Assembly: GCA_038087875.1 (NCBI GenBank)
Contig: JAXLNO010000708.1
Location: 55,702 to 75,701, forward strand
Direction of reading: 5' to 3'
DNA from: Malacoraja senta
Taxonomy: Eukaryota
DNA: 20,000 nucleotides
The notes below the pieces were generated by a model that ran no database searches, had not been told where the DNA came from, and saw only the letters and a list, made by a program, of their open reading frames with translations. A program made the position numbers and the translations under genes. Below, piece by piece: positions 1 to 10,943 of this stretch (position 1 is its first letter; every line of letters begins with the position of its first letter).

Positions 1-2462
1 GATTTCAATTTTCCACACATAGACTGGGAAACACATTCTGCAAAAGGACTGGATGGTTTGGAGTTTGTAAAATGTGTGCAGGATATTTTTTTGCAGCAAT
101 ACATAGAGGTACCTACAAGAGAAGGGGCAGTGCTGGACCTCCTGTTAGGAAATGAGACAGAGCAGGTGGCGGAGGTATGCGTTGGGGAGCACTTTGGGTC
201 CAGTGATCACAATACCATTAGTTTCAATATAATTATGGAGAGGGTCAGAACTGGACCTAAGGTTGAGATTTTTGACTGGAGAAAGGCTAACTTTGAGGAG
301 ATGTGAAAGGATTTAAAAGGAGTGAATTGGGACGTTGTTTTATGTGAAGGATGTAGAAGAGAAATGGAGGACATTTAAAGGTGAAATTTTAAGAGTACAG
401 AATCTTTATGTCCCTGTTCGGTTGAAAGGAAATAGTAAAAATTGGAAAGAGCCATGGTTTTCAAGGGAAATTGGACACTTGGTTCGGAAAAAGAGAGAGA
501 TCTACAATAATTATAGGCGGCATGGAGTAAATGAGGTGCTGCAGGAGTATAAAGAATGTAAAAAAAATCTTAAGAAAGAAATTAGAAAAGCTAAAAGAAG
601 ATATGAGGTTGCTTTGGCAAGTAAGGTGAAAGTAAACCCAAAGGGTTTCTACAGCTACATTAATAGCAAAAGGATAACAAGGAATAAAATTGGTCCATTA
701 GAGTCAGGGTGGACAGCTATCTGCAGAGCCAGAAGAGATGGGGGAGATATTGAACAATTTCTTTTCTTCGGTATTCACCAAGGAGAAGGATATTGAATTA
801 TGTGAGGTAAGGGAAACGAGCAGAGTAGCAATGGAAACTATGAGATTTAAAGAAGAGGAAATGTGGACACTTTTGAAAAATATGAAAACGGATAAGTCTC
901 CAGGTCCTGACAGGATATTCCCTAGGACATTGAGGGAAGTTAGTGTAGAAATAGCAGGGGCTATGACAGAAATATTTCAAATGTCATTAGAAACGGGAAT
1001 AGTGCCGGAGAATTGGCGTACTGCGCATGTTGTTCCATTGTTTAAAAAGGGTAATAAGAGTAAACCTAGCAATTATAGACCTGTTAGTTTGATGTCAGTG
1101 GTGGGCAAATTAATGGAAAGGATACTTAGGGATAATATATATAAGCATCTGGATAAACAGTGTCTGACTAAGAACAGTCAACATGGATTTGTGCCTGGAA
1201 GGTCATGTTTGACTAATCTTCTTGAATTTTTCGAAGAGGTTACTAGGGAAATTGATGAGGGTAAAGCAGTGGATGTTGGCTATATGGACTTCAGTAAGGC
1301 CTTTGACAAGGTTCCGCATGGAGGGTTGGTTAAGAAGATTCAATTGTTGGGTATTAATGGTGGAGTAGCAAGATGGATTCAACAGTGGCTGAATGGGAGA
1401 TGCCAGAGTAATGGTGGATGGCTGTTTGTCAGGTTGGAGGCCGGTGACTAGTGGGGTGCCTCAGGAGTCTGTGTTGGGTCCACTGTTGTTTGTCATGTAC
1501 ATCAATGATCTGGATGATGGTGTGGAAAATTGGATTAGTAAGTATGCAGATGATACTAAGATAGGTGGTGTTGTGGATAATGAAGTAGATTTTCAAAGTC
1601 TACAGAGAGATTTAGGCCATTTGGAAGAGTGGGCTGAAAGATGGCAGATGGAGTTTAATGCTGATAAATGTGAGGTGCTACATCTTGGCAGGACAAATCA
1701 AAATAGGACGTACATGGTAAATGGTAGCGAATTGAGGAATGCAGTTGAACAGAGGGATCTAGGAATAACTGTGCATAGTTCCCTGAAGGTGGAATCTCAT
1801 GTAGATAGGGTGGTAAAGAAAGCTTTTGGTGTGCTGGCCATTATAAATCAGAGCATTGAGTATAGAAGTTGGGATGTAATGTTAAAATTGTACAAGGCAT
1901 TGGTGAGGCCAATTCTGGAGTATGGAGTACAATTTTGGTCGCCTAATTATAGGAAGGATGTCAACAAAATAGAGAGAGTACATAGGAGATTTACGAGAAT
2001 GTTGCCTGGGTTTCAGCAACTAAATTACGGAGAAAGGCTGAACAGGTTAGGTCTTTATTCTTTGGAGCGTAGAAGGTTAAGGGGGGACTTGATAGAGGTC
2101 TTTAAAATGATGAGAGGGATAGACAGAGTTGACGTGGATACGCTTTTCCCATTGAGAGCAGGGAAGATTCAAACAAGAGGACATGACTTGAGAATTAAGG
2201 GACAGATGTTTACGGGTAACATTAGGGGGAACTTCTTTACTCAGAGAGTGGTAGCTGTGTGGAATGAGCTTCCAGTGGAAGTGGTGGAGGCAGGTTCGAT
2301 TTTATCATTTAAAAATAGATTGGATGGGTATATGGACGATAAAGGAATGGAGGGTTATGGTCTGAGTGCAGGTAGATGGGACTAGGGGAGAAAAAGTGTT
2401 CGGCATGGACTTGAAGGGCCGAGATGTCCTGTTTCCATGCTGTAATTGTTATATGGTTATAT
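1..2462 (+). mobile_element. CR1-clade LINE, ORF2 (end of APE endonuclease plus reverse transcriptase) and 3' UTR; inactivated, 5' part outside the window
   Basis: DFNFP at 1, SDH at 202-210, KSPGPD, NYRPVSL, QHGF, DFSKAFD, GVPQESVLGP, YADD at 1543-1554, then CR1-type C-terminus (LERRRLRGDLIE, FFTQRVV.VWN.LP) ending at the stop at 2385, followed by a short 3' UTR and a TTATA-type tail. Broken by TGA at 304-306 and frame changes near 333, 705 and 1400. Confidence 0.95.
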
Positions 2463-3294
2463 ACCTATCTGTTACGGACTTACAGCATATAATACAATAA
2501 TATTGAAGTTCTGATCTTGAAAATATCACATCTTTGTATTTTCAAGGCAGTCTGGGTGTTTATTACTATTTCTGTCACAACGGTCAATTTTGTGATTGAC
2601 TACAATTAGGTAATTAGCTAATTATATGCTTTAATTTCAGGTCATCCAAGTAAGATGTTTTATTTTTGTTTCAGAATGCTTCAATCTATATAATAACTGA
2701 AAATTTCATTCAGTTCTCTTAATTTTTAAGAAAGTTATGGGCTTTTGACTGTCCTCGATCACAGCTTTTGTGTTAAGTCAATGCAAAAGCAATAGGGAAC
2801 AAGATGCTAATTTCCGAGTATGAAAATGGCCATCACCTTTTTAATACTGAAGATATGAAAGTGAATTAGGTGTCAAATTAAACTTCTTTTTATGCTTTAT
2901 CTGATGGGATAAATTGCAGACTTGATTTTTAAAATCTCAAAATTTTGTAACATTGCTAATTATAGCATATGTTACTGTATCCGATGTACAGATGGATGAA
3001 GTGGCACAGTGGTTGTTAGCACTGGTCTAACTTATAGGTTAGCTGTTGAAAATCAAAAGAGCAGAAAATCTAGGACAATTCTTTAATTCTTAATTTGTCA
3101 ATTCTAGGACAAAATCTCGGACATTCTTATGATAATGCTATTTTCACTCCGTCACAGGTATCCCTTTTGTCCTATCATTCTTTCCCACAACCATCCCTAC
3201 ATCCTGAATGTTTTTTTTTATTATCTATCTTTCACAATTCCAATGAAAGTTTGACCTGAAATGTTAATTCTAATTATCTTTCCCTAGATTGTTC

Positions 3295-3680
3295 CACGGG
3301 CCCCATTTAAATCTTTCCCCTCACCTCAAACCTATGTCCTCTGGATTGTGACCATCCATCATATCTATGTTTCTCATGATTTTATCGCTCAATAAGGTTA
3401 TTCCCTCCCTAGCTCCACGGAAAACAGTCCCGGCCTATCTCGTATTTCCTCATAACTCAGGCCCCCTTGTCCCGGCAAGATCCTTGTGAAACATTTCTAC
3501 ATTCTCTCTAGTTTAATCACATCCTTATTATTGTATGGTGAGCAGAACTGTACACAATATTCAATATGCAGTCTCACCAATGCTTTCTACAGCTGTTAAA
3601 TATCACAACTCCTGTACTCAATCCCGCCTGATGAAACAAGCGTGCCAAACACCTTCTCTTGTCTACCTGTGTTGCCACTT
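3295..3680 (-). mobile_element. Degenerate CR1 LINE ORF2 C-terminal fragment
   Basis: Minus strand reads KALVRLHIEYCVQFCSPYNNKDVIKLERM, matching KALVRPILEYGVQFWSPNYRKDVNKIERV in the element at 1-2462. Ends approximate. Confidence 0.75.
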
Positions 3681-4176
3681 TCAAGAGGAGAGACAAGTGT
3701 TCAATTGTCATATGTATCGAAACAGAACAAATAAATCCTTACTTGCAGCAGCGCAATACGTTTGTAGACACAGTACTCAATAGAGTGGGAAGAGGGAGGG
3801 AGAGTCGGGTTGCAGGGTGGCCGAGCAGTTTGCACGGAGTTTGAGTAGTTTGAGTATATTGTGTCCCCTCCCATTGGTACGGGACTTTTGCATTTTTCAG
3901 CTTGAAATTGTGCAATATGGTGCATACTGTAGCGAGCCTTTATATTACACTTGAATGCAATATACATGCTTTAAATTGGATTGGAGCGTTTTTGAAAGGG
4001 GGGAGGCTGAGCGATCACTGATCTTGGGGGTACCCGGTGAGAGAGTGGAGCAACCGAGTGGGGAGAGGGTGTGGAAGAACTTTTTGATATTTGATGTACT
4101 AAAATCATGTTTTAGTGCATTGTAGAAGTATGATTTCAATGTTTTTTGTATGAAGTATTTTTAAGAGATAACTTTT

Positions 4177-4404
4177 TATGGGGTAACTTTATCCACACAA
4201 AGTGTGATGGGTGTATGGAACAAGCTGCCAGAGGAGGTAGTTGAGGCAGGGGCCATCCCAACATTTAAGAAAAAGTTAGACTGATACATGGATAGGACAG
4301 GTTTGGAGGTATGGACCAAAAGCAGGTAGCGTAGCTGGGACATGTTGGCGGGTGTGGGCAAGTTGCGCAGAAAGGCCTGTTTTCACATTGTATCACTCAT
4401 GACT
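4177..4404 (+). mobile_element. 5'-truncated CR1 LINE 3' end
   Basis: gtatggaacaagctgccagaggaggtagttgaggcagg (VWNKLPEEVVEAG) and the downstream 3' UTR parallel 2225-2440. Confidence 0.8.
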
Positions 4405-4473
4405 ACATTATACCTCCACCATGTATGAATGCTTCAAAATCAAATGATTGAGTTTTATTGCCATATACTCAAG

Positions 4474-4813
4474 CATAGAAACATAGAAAACAGGTGCAGG
4501 AATAGGCCATCGGCCCTTCAAGCCAGCACTGCCATTCAATATGATCATGGCTATTCATCTAAAATCAGTACATCTTTACTGTTTTTTCCCCATATCCCTT
4601 GGTCGTTAGCCCCAAGAACTAAATGTAACTCTCTCTTGAAAACATCCAGTGAATTGGCCTCCACTGCCTTCTGTGGCAGAGAATTCCACAGATTCACAAC
4701 TCTCTGTGTGAAGTATGTCCTCATCTCAGTCCTAACTGCCCCCCCCCCCCTTTATTCTTAAACTGTGACCCCTGGTTCTGAACTCCCCCAACATCGGGAA
4801 CATTTTTCCTGCA
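4474..4813 (-). mobile_element. 5'-truncated CR1 LINE 3' end with (catagaaa)n tail
   Basis: Plus strand starts catagaaacatagaaa. Minus strand encodes TQRVVNLWNSLPQKAVEA, the CR1 ORF2 C-terminus. Confidence 0.8.
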
Positions 4814-4918
4814 GTTACAGTAAGTGAAAATCTAGCAGGCAAGCAGAATGCTTTCTCCAACCACCCCCATTTGACGTCCACTATCTTCCACCGTTTCTAC
4901 CCAGTGCTTGGTACTTAC

Positions 4919-4981
4919 TTCCAGCAGCCACTGGTTGTCCTCCTGGATGCACTGAGCCGCAGCCTGATCCATGCCGGTCAC
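4919..4981 (-). other. Exon-like 63-nt cassette (VTGMDQAAAQCIQEDNQWLLE), origin unknown
   Basis: Minus strand: tttcgcccag acceptor, 21 open codons, GTAAGT donor; symmetric phase 0; GC-rich third positions. Confidence 0.35.
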
Positions 4982-4991
4982 CTGGGCGAAA

Positions 4992-5282
4992 TTGGCACAG
5001 AGATTCCCACGGCAGCGGTGCAACGCTTCCGACGCCTTGCACTGAGGCTGCTCCATGGCCGGAGCTGCAGTGAGCGACTCGCCAGCCCGGCAAACTCTCG
5101 CCAGCCCCGCTCCCCACCGCTGCTTCTGCTTCCAACACCCATGGCCCATGCAGTTGATGAGTTTTGAAATTTTCGTTGATCACAGAATTTCTCACAACAG
5201 AGCGAGAGAAATTTGTGATCAACGTGAGAATTTGGCGAAATGCGTGATTCTCACGCTCAATGCACGGGAGTTGGCAGCCCTG
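4992..5282. mobile_element. DNA transposon terminus (hAT-like), copy 1
   Basis: Ends GTTGGCAGCCCTG (reverse complement CAGGGCTGCCAAC, a hAT-like TIR). Subterminal CGTGAG/CTCACG motifs and an inverted repeat at 5174-5224. Similar to 5889-6239. Confidence 0.55.
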
Positions 5283-5872
5283 CCTCTCTATCCCCCCCCT
5301 CTCCCTCTCTCCCACCTCACTCTCATCCCTCTCTCCCCCTCTATCTCTCCCCTCCCCCTTTCCCCCTCTCCCACTCTCTACCCTGTCTCCCCCCTCTCCC
5401 CTTCCCTCTTCTCTCTCCCCCTCCTCTGTTCCCCTCTCCCCCCCACCTCTCGTCCCCTCTCCCCTTTCCCCTAACTCTCTCCCCCTCACTTCCCCTCTCT
5501 CTCTCTTTCTCCCTCCCTCTCCATCTCCCGCTCTCCCTCTCCACTCTCCCCTCTCTGTCTCTCTCTCTCTTCCCCATCTCTCTCCTCCTCTCTCTCCCTC
5601 CCACCTCACTCTCCCCCTTGCTCTCTCCCCTCTCTTTCTCCTGTCTCTATCTCCTCTTTCTCTTTGCCCCCCATCTCTCTTTCCCCCTTCCCTCTTTTAC
5701 CACCCCTCTCTTCACCCTCTCCTCCCTTTCCACCCCTCTTCCCTCTCACTCTTCCCCCCTCTCCCACCTCACTCTCCCCCCTCCCCCCCCCTCTCCCTCT
5801 TCTCTCTCTCCATTCACTCCCCCTCTCTCTCCTACCCTGTCTCCTTCCCCTCTCTCTCTCTCCACCTCCCTT
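5283..5872. repeat. Polypyrimidine (C/T) low-complexity tract, about 590 bp
   Basis: Almost only C and T on the plus strand. Confidence 0.95.
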
Positions 5873-5888
5873 TGAGAGTCTGTCCCTT

Positions 5889-6239
5889 CGGCACAGAGAC
5901 TCTCGCGGCAGCGGCGCAATGCTTCCGACGCCTCAGACGGCCCGGGACTCTCGCACTGGGGCTGCTCCATGGCCGGAACTGCAGCGAGCGACTCGCCAGC
6001 CCCGCAAACACTCGCCAGCCCCGACTCCTCGCATCTGTATCCGCCCGCTGCTTCCATCCCTCACTCAGCCCCGGCTCTCCAACACCCGCGGACCATGCAG
6101 TTTATCTGAGTTTTGAAATTTTCGTTGATCACAGAATTTCTCACCACAGAGCGTGAGAAATTTCTGATCAGCGTGAGGGCGTGAGAGTTTATTCAAATGC
6201 GTGATTCTCACGCTCAAAGCGTGAGAGTTGGCAGCCCTG
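5889..6239. mobile_element. DNA transposon terminus (hAT-like), copy 2, same orientation as copy 1
   Basis: Diverged direct copy of 4992-5282 (ggcacagaga...gagcgactcgccagccc...ttttgaaattttcgttgatcacagaatttctcac...gagttggcagccctg). Confidence 0.55.
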
Positions 6240-6265
6240 CCTTCTGTTTTCTCTTCAGCATAGAT

Positions 6266-6358
6266 TAAGGTTTGGCTGATGTCTCCAACAGTTTTATTCT
6301 TGTTTCTCAGAATCATAATGGTTTCTTTGACTTACATTGGCACAACTTTGGTCCTCAT
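6266..6358 (-). pseudogene. Tc1-like transposase N-terminal fragment
   Basis: Translates MRTKVVPM*VKETIMILRNKNKTVGDISQTL, resembling the first helix-turn-helix of fish Tc1-like transposases; contains an internal stop. Confidence 0.55.
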
Positions 6359-6407
6359 GTTAATAAACAGCAATAAATGTTTCCAAGACTTTTCTATCTG
6401 CAAAGGT

Positions 6408-6570
6408 TTCACAGACTCCTCTGTCAAGCTTCTCAAGTTTGTGGACGACGCAACCCTGATTGGACTGATCAAGGATGGGGAGGAATCTGACCACATACAG
6501 GAAGTGGTGCCTTCGTAACAACCTGGAGCTCAATTCGCTTAAGACAGTGGAATTGATAGTAGACTTTAGG
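6408..6570 (+). mobile_element. Rex1/Babar (L2-group) LINE reverse transcriptase fragment
   Basis: KLLKFVDDATLIGLIKDGEES...NNLELNSLKTVELIVDFR: degenerate F(A)DD motif plus the downstream block typical of Rex1/Babar RT, with an internal deletion. Confidence 0.75.
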
Positions 6571-6904
6571 GATAGGCCCTTAAAGCCTTCATCCATATAT
6601 TTGCTGTTCTCATATCAATTGCTCTAATGTGCTTCCTTCTTCTGTCCATACAAATTTAATAATGCTGCATATTAGGATATTTTGTATTAAAAAGGTACCA
6701 TATAAGTTTTGTTGCATCACTTTGTTGGAGCTTCCTGTGAAAACTTAATCACATGTTGACTGTGTTGCAAGAGTAATAACACTTCGGAAAAGTATTTTAT
6801 TGGTTGTAAAGCAGTTTGTGATGTGCTAAGGTCATCAAATGACTCCATTTAGCGAAATCCAAAAGGGGAAAAAAGTTATCAACAGAAAGGAAAATAACAC
6901 GAGC

Positions 6905-6966
6905 ATATCAGACAACATCTGAGAAAGAAAGAGAGCCAATGTTTCAGGTCAGTGACCTTCCATCAG
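6905..6966 (-). mobile_element. Penelope-like LTR fragment with degenerate hammerhead core
   Basis: Minus strand CTGATGG-A-AGGTC-act-GACCT-GAAA-CA-TT; related to 13612-13640 and 16108-16135. Confidence 0.45.
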
Positions 6967-7387
6967 CACAGGTTTGCAGTCTCCTGCGTTCATTTTTGGA
7001 GTCCCAATGACAGAAACAAACAAAAGCTAACCCGTAATAAAATCTTGCTTTCCATATACAAGCACATTAGAGCAATTCCACCTGAGGGCAAGTGTCTTTA
7101 ATAATCATTCTTAAGTCGAGAAGTTTAAAAAAAGAAAACAGCTGGGAAGTCAATACCACAATTTTTACGTTTAGGTGTTATGAGCTGGTATGTTTTGTCA
7201 AGCAATAAACTGATAATATTCCAAATTTGATCAGGCTATTATATATTGCAAGCTTTAATAGTGTATTTGAATCCATACCGTTGCATACAGTACATCCTAA
7301 TTCCACATTGCAAGCATTTTGCTCAAAAACAATTATATATTTGATCTGAAATATTAACTGTTACTCTTCCTACAGATGCAGCCTGAC

Positions 7388-7494
7388 AATAGACAATAGA
7401 CAATAGGTGCAGGCGTAGGCCATTCGGCCCTTCGAGCCATTCAATGTGATCATGGCTGATCATCCCCAATCAGTACCCCATTCCTGCCTTCTAC
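7388..7494 (-). mobile_element. Short CR1 3'-end insertion with (gacaata)3 tail, nested in a Penelope-like LTR fragment (about 7340-7560)
   Basis: Flanked by direct repeat CCTGAC (7382-7387 and 7495-7500). Similar to 4490-4590. Removing it restores cagatgcagcctgacctgctga...ccagca. Confidence 0.7.
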
Positions 7495-7860
7495 CCTGAC
7501 CTGCTGAAACTTTCCAGCATTTTCTGGTTTTATTTTAGATTTCCAACAGCTGCAGTTTAAAAAAAATGTTTCCACGTTCTCTTTATTTAGTTTGGGTTCG
7601 AGATACAGCACAGAAAACAAGCCCTTAGGCCCACTGTGTCGACCTAAACAACCAGTAGGAAACATTCAACTTTTGCCTTCAGTATTGCATAGGAGAGCTT
7701 GCAAAGTTTTGTCCTTGCGGCTCAAAAAATTTTACATCTTACCCATGGTTTACATTCAGTCATATTCTTCCCATTCAACAGTTTGCCAAATCATTACATA
7801 CCCAGCCACAAAATATTTCAATCACATTCCCAAAATCTGAATGACAGATTTGTGATTTTT

Positions 7861-7928
7861 ACATCTGAACAGTGGATTTCAGCATGACCACCACATCTGA
7901 ACAGTGCATTTCAGCATGACCACCACAT
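7861..7928. repeat. 32-bp tandem duplication
   Basis: acatctgaacagtg(g/c)atttcagcatgaccacc twice, one mismatch. Confidence 0.9.
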
Positions 7929-8527
7929 TGAACCTTCTGAATACTTTGTGTTAAATCTTTTCACCAAAAAACTTTCCCTTAAGAATTATCTTAATACACT
8001 GAGAGGTATATGTTATTTTCTAGCTTTACAAAGATCCCTTATCACAAACTGCCATTCCTGCTTTGGCATTTAACATTATTTAAGGCTCGGAAATACTCTA
8101 ATCATTTGATGTGCTATCAGAATTTTGGCCTAGCACTGGAATTGCTTGGTTAGCTACCTACTCTCCAGGGTACAGGATCTTGTCCCAGATTGGATGCCAG
8201 CCATTTAGAGCGATAACTTTCACAAACTGAATGGAGTCATTCTCCAACATTACACTCTTGTAATAAATACCTTTGAGCTTAAGGAGAATCCCAAACTGAA
8301 GCATGCAAAAACTTTTTTTTTCAAACAAGGTAAAATGTGAAGTTTAAGGCACTTTTGTCTGTGCCAGCTCTTAGCTGGAAGAATTTAAAGGATATTCAAA
8401 TAGCCTGCTTCCTTTCCATAAAACAAAAATTTGTTCAGATTCAATAATTATGTATTTATCTGGACTGTGGCTTCTCTCTCAATTTAACCAGTCAGAATTT
8501 TAAACTGGACTTCTACAAATGACACTT

Positions 8528-8587
8528 TTTATTCCATTCTGTCTAAAGCCTGCATAAAAAATCCATGAAATTACTTTAGACTTTATT
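8528..8587 (-). terminator. Candidate polyadenylation signals of the acyl-CoA dehydrogenase gene
   Basis: AATAAA on the minus strand at 8582-8587 and 8528-8533, about 390-440 nt after the stop codon. The AT-rich context makes chance hits likely. Confidence 0.35.
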
Positions 8588-8972
8588 ATGCGAGTTGAAA
8601 TAGCCCTAATGATTCATAACTCATTACAATCTCTCACTTTTGGTATAACATACTACTTCATATTGAGAGCCAGGTATAAGTACTTTGAAAAGGAAGCTAT
8701 GCTTCTTCCTCTTCAAGTATGAAGTAAACCCAGATAAAAATTATTATTATTCCTTTTTGTCTTGCAAAATTTAACACAAGTGAAAATGATCTTTCACGAC
8801 TAAGGCAACATCATTATAGAAAAGACTGTATCATGCAGTACAGAATTTACAAACATTACTGTATATTTGTTTCGTAAATGTTTCATGAAATGTCACAGAA
8901 TACGAAAAATAATTAATGCAATCAAATTTTGTTTTCATGTCCTAGTGTTAATTTGGCTATTGTTTTCACTGA

Positions 8973-9066
8973 TTATTTCTTTTCAGGTAAGGTTCCCATA
9001 TATTTGCATATGATAGACAACATAACTTCATCTGCACCTCCTCCAATTGACACCAATCTCATATCC
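8973..9066 (-). CDS. Acyl-CoA dehydrogenase (AtuD/'probable acyl-CoA dehydrogenase 6'-like), last coding exon
   Basis: Acceptor ttcttttccttaag, then (R)DMRLVSIGGGADEVMLSIICKYMGTLPEKK and TAA at 8973-8975. ACAD C-terminal motif; the phase 2 junction fits the previous exon. Absent from the ORF track. Confidence 0.93.
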
Positions 9067-9253
9067 CTTAAGGAAAAGAATAAGAAAATAATCGGTTATT
9101 TGGTGACTGCATACAAAACATGCTGAAAGTGTAGCCGTGCAAAATAATGAGCCAAAATGTATTGCTTTCACTCTCTCCAATATTTATCTGTTGAAAATAT
9201 TACATTGCCAATGTTCTGGTTGAAACTGGATGTAATGTGGTGAGAGGAGCTAT

Positions 9254-9701
9254 AAGGGCCTGTCGCACTTGGCCGTCATTTGCGCCTCATATGTACAATA
9301 GGTCGACGTGTTGTGATGCACGGGTAGCGTGTGGGTAGCGCGGGACGGGCGCATGGAGAGGCGTGGAGGAGTGTGCCACGGTATCGCGCGGTGCTCCATG
9401 ATTTCGTGCTGTACGAAATCCTCGCTCGCCACCACGCACGCTGACGCATTGGGTACACGCTGACGCATTGGCGTCGCACGCTGCATCCCGACGTCTCACG
9501 TGTATCGCGTGGTGACGCATGGTTACATCACCGTGCGTAACCATGCGTCGCCGCGTGACGCAGGGTATTCTAATGACGTCATGCGCACCAGACGGCATGA
9601 TGTGTGATTTGCGCGCGACGTCGCGCAAAACGACGCATTGACCTATTTTACATATGACGCGTAAATGAGGCGCAAATGACGGCCAAGTGGGACAGGCCCT
9701 T
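9254..9701. mobile_element. MITE / non-autonomous DNA transposon, PIF/Harbinger-like
   Basis: 37-bp TIRs at 9254-9290 and 9665-9701 with one mismatch (AAGGGCCTGTCSCACTTGGCCGTCATTTGCGCCTCAT), a further subterminal inverted repeat, TWA-like flanks and a CpG-rich interior. Confidence 0.85.
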
Positions 9702-10054
9702 TACTTAGTGCATCACATAAGGGCCATAAAATAAAGTACTGGCACCAGCACAGGAATGCTCCATATAATTACATTGAAATGATATTGAACTTGCAATTCA
9801 TCTGTCAAATAAAACCTACTATTTATGGCTCTTTTAAAAACATCAATAAAAGGCATCACTGTAATTATTCTATTACGTTCAATGATTAAACTGCTTTAAT
9901 GATGATTTATACATTTATACAGTTCACTGCTGAAATATCTAATTAAAAAAAATTATTTTTAATGGAGATAGTATTTTGCTTAAAGGTTTCCTTTAAAGTA
10001 GAAAGAAACATGATTAAACTCAGTTCATTCCTGTTTTTTAAATGTTTTACTTAC

Positions 10055-10205
10055 CTATACAGTCTGCTGACCAACACGTCATTAGTAAAACCCATACCTC
10101 CCCAGAACTGGAGACAACTATCAGCAACCTCACGAACTAGGCGGCCTGCTTTCAACTTTGCCATTGAGGCTAATTTGGTTACATCATCTCCTTGAATATA
10201 TTGAG
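10055..10205 (-). CDS. Acyl-CoA dehydrogenase, penultimate coding exon (151 nt)
   Basis: ctttattcag acceptor, GTAAGT donor; (A)QYIQGDDVTKLASMAKLKAGRLVREVADSCLQFWGGMGFTNDVLVSRLY(R) with the ACAD SMAK and Q..GG.G motifs. Absent from the ORF track. Confidence 0.95.
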
Positions 10206-10241
10206 CTGAATAAAGAAAGTCAAGTTAATTTGATTTTTACT

Positions 10242-10352
10242 GCAATTTTGATTGTAATCATGTATAGACTTTTCTATTGACAGGATACGACACAAACAAA
10301 AGTTTTTAATTGTATCTTGGTACACGTGACAATAAATAAACTAAACTAAAAT
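10242..10352 (+). mobile_element. Probable LINE/SINE 3' tail remnant
   Basis: Ends gtacacgtgacaataaa followed by a (taaac)n tail. Confidence 0.4.
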
Positions 10353-10943
10353 CTAATTTACTATTTTAAAAACAGTGTAATACCTGCTAGTGGATGATGG
10401 CAAGGAGAGAAGGTTTAACATTCCATTATATGTGAAATGTGACCTCATTCCCAATGCGTTGGACAAACTCTAAATTGTGTTCTTTGCAACATGTATGAAT
10501 CAAGAATGTTGTAACATATTTTTTATAACGAGTATCATTGCTTATTTTTTATAACGAGTAATATCAGGAACACATATATGCCCCTGATGAATCCAGCAAT
10601 TTAATGAATAGTGTTATTATGTCAGACAACATGACAAACAATAATTCAGGGTTGTACTTTAATAAATTATTTAAACTGTCTCATGAGTAGGGTATTAAAA
10701 AATGTTTATCGATCTCGTAGGAATAAACTATTCCCATATAAAGGCAATTAAAATTGACACACAAAATTGTAAACTTGGCAGAGAGGAGGATTAGACAGTT
10801 GGATTAACTAGCATTTATTTCAATACAAGAGGACTGACAGGTAAAGCAGAACCATTCAGGGTGTGGAGTAGGTCGTTATAATCATTACAGAAACTTGGCT
10901 ATGGGGGAGGGGGGGGGCGGTGGTGGAGATAGGACTAGCACCT

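Noticed and set aside
738..2385. RT as a retron, group II intron, DGR or programmed-frameshift system
   Set aside because: The upstream APE endonuclease and CR1-specific C-terminus identify a LINE; the frame breaks look like decay.
4881..6156. Overlapping low-complexity ORFs
   Set aside because: Produced by the C/T tract and GC-rich repeat ends; no protein-like composition.
8973..8990. Peroxisomal PTS1 signal at the ACAD C-terminus
   Set aside because: The protein ends EKK, not an SKL-type tripeptide.
9250..9628. Minus-strand ORFs within the last intron
   Set aside because: They lie inside the GC-rich MITE and have no recognisable domain.
10517..10560. 18-bp direct repeat tattttttataacgagta
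   Set aside because: Simple local duplication with no further structure.
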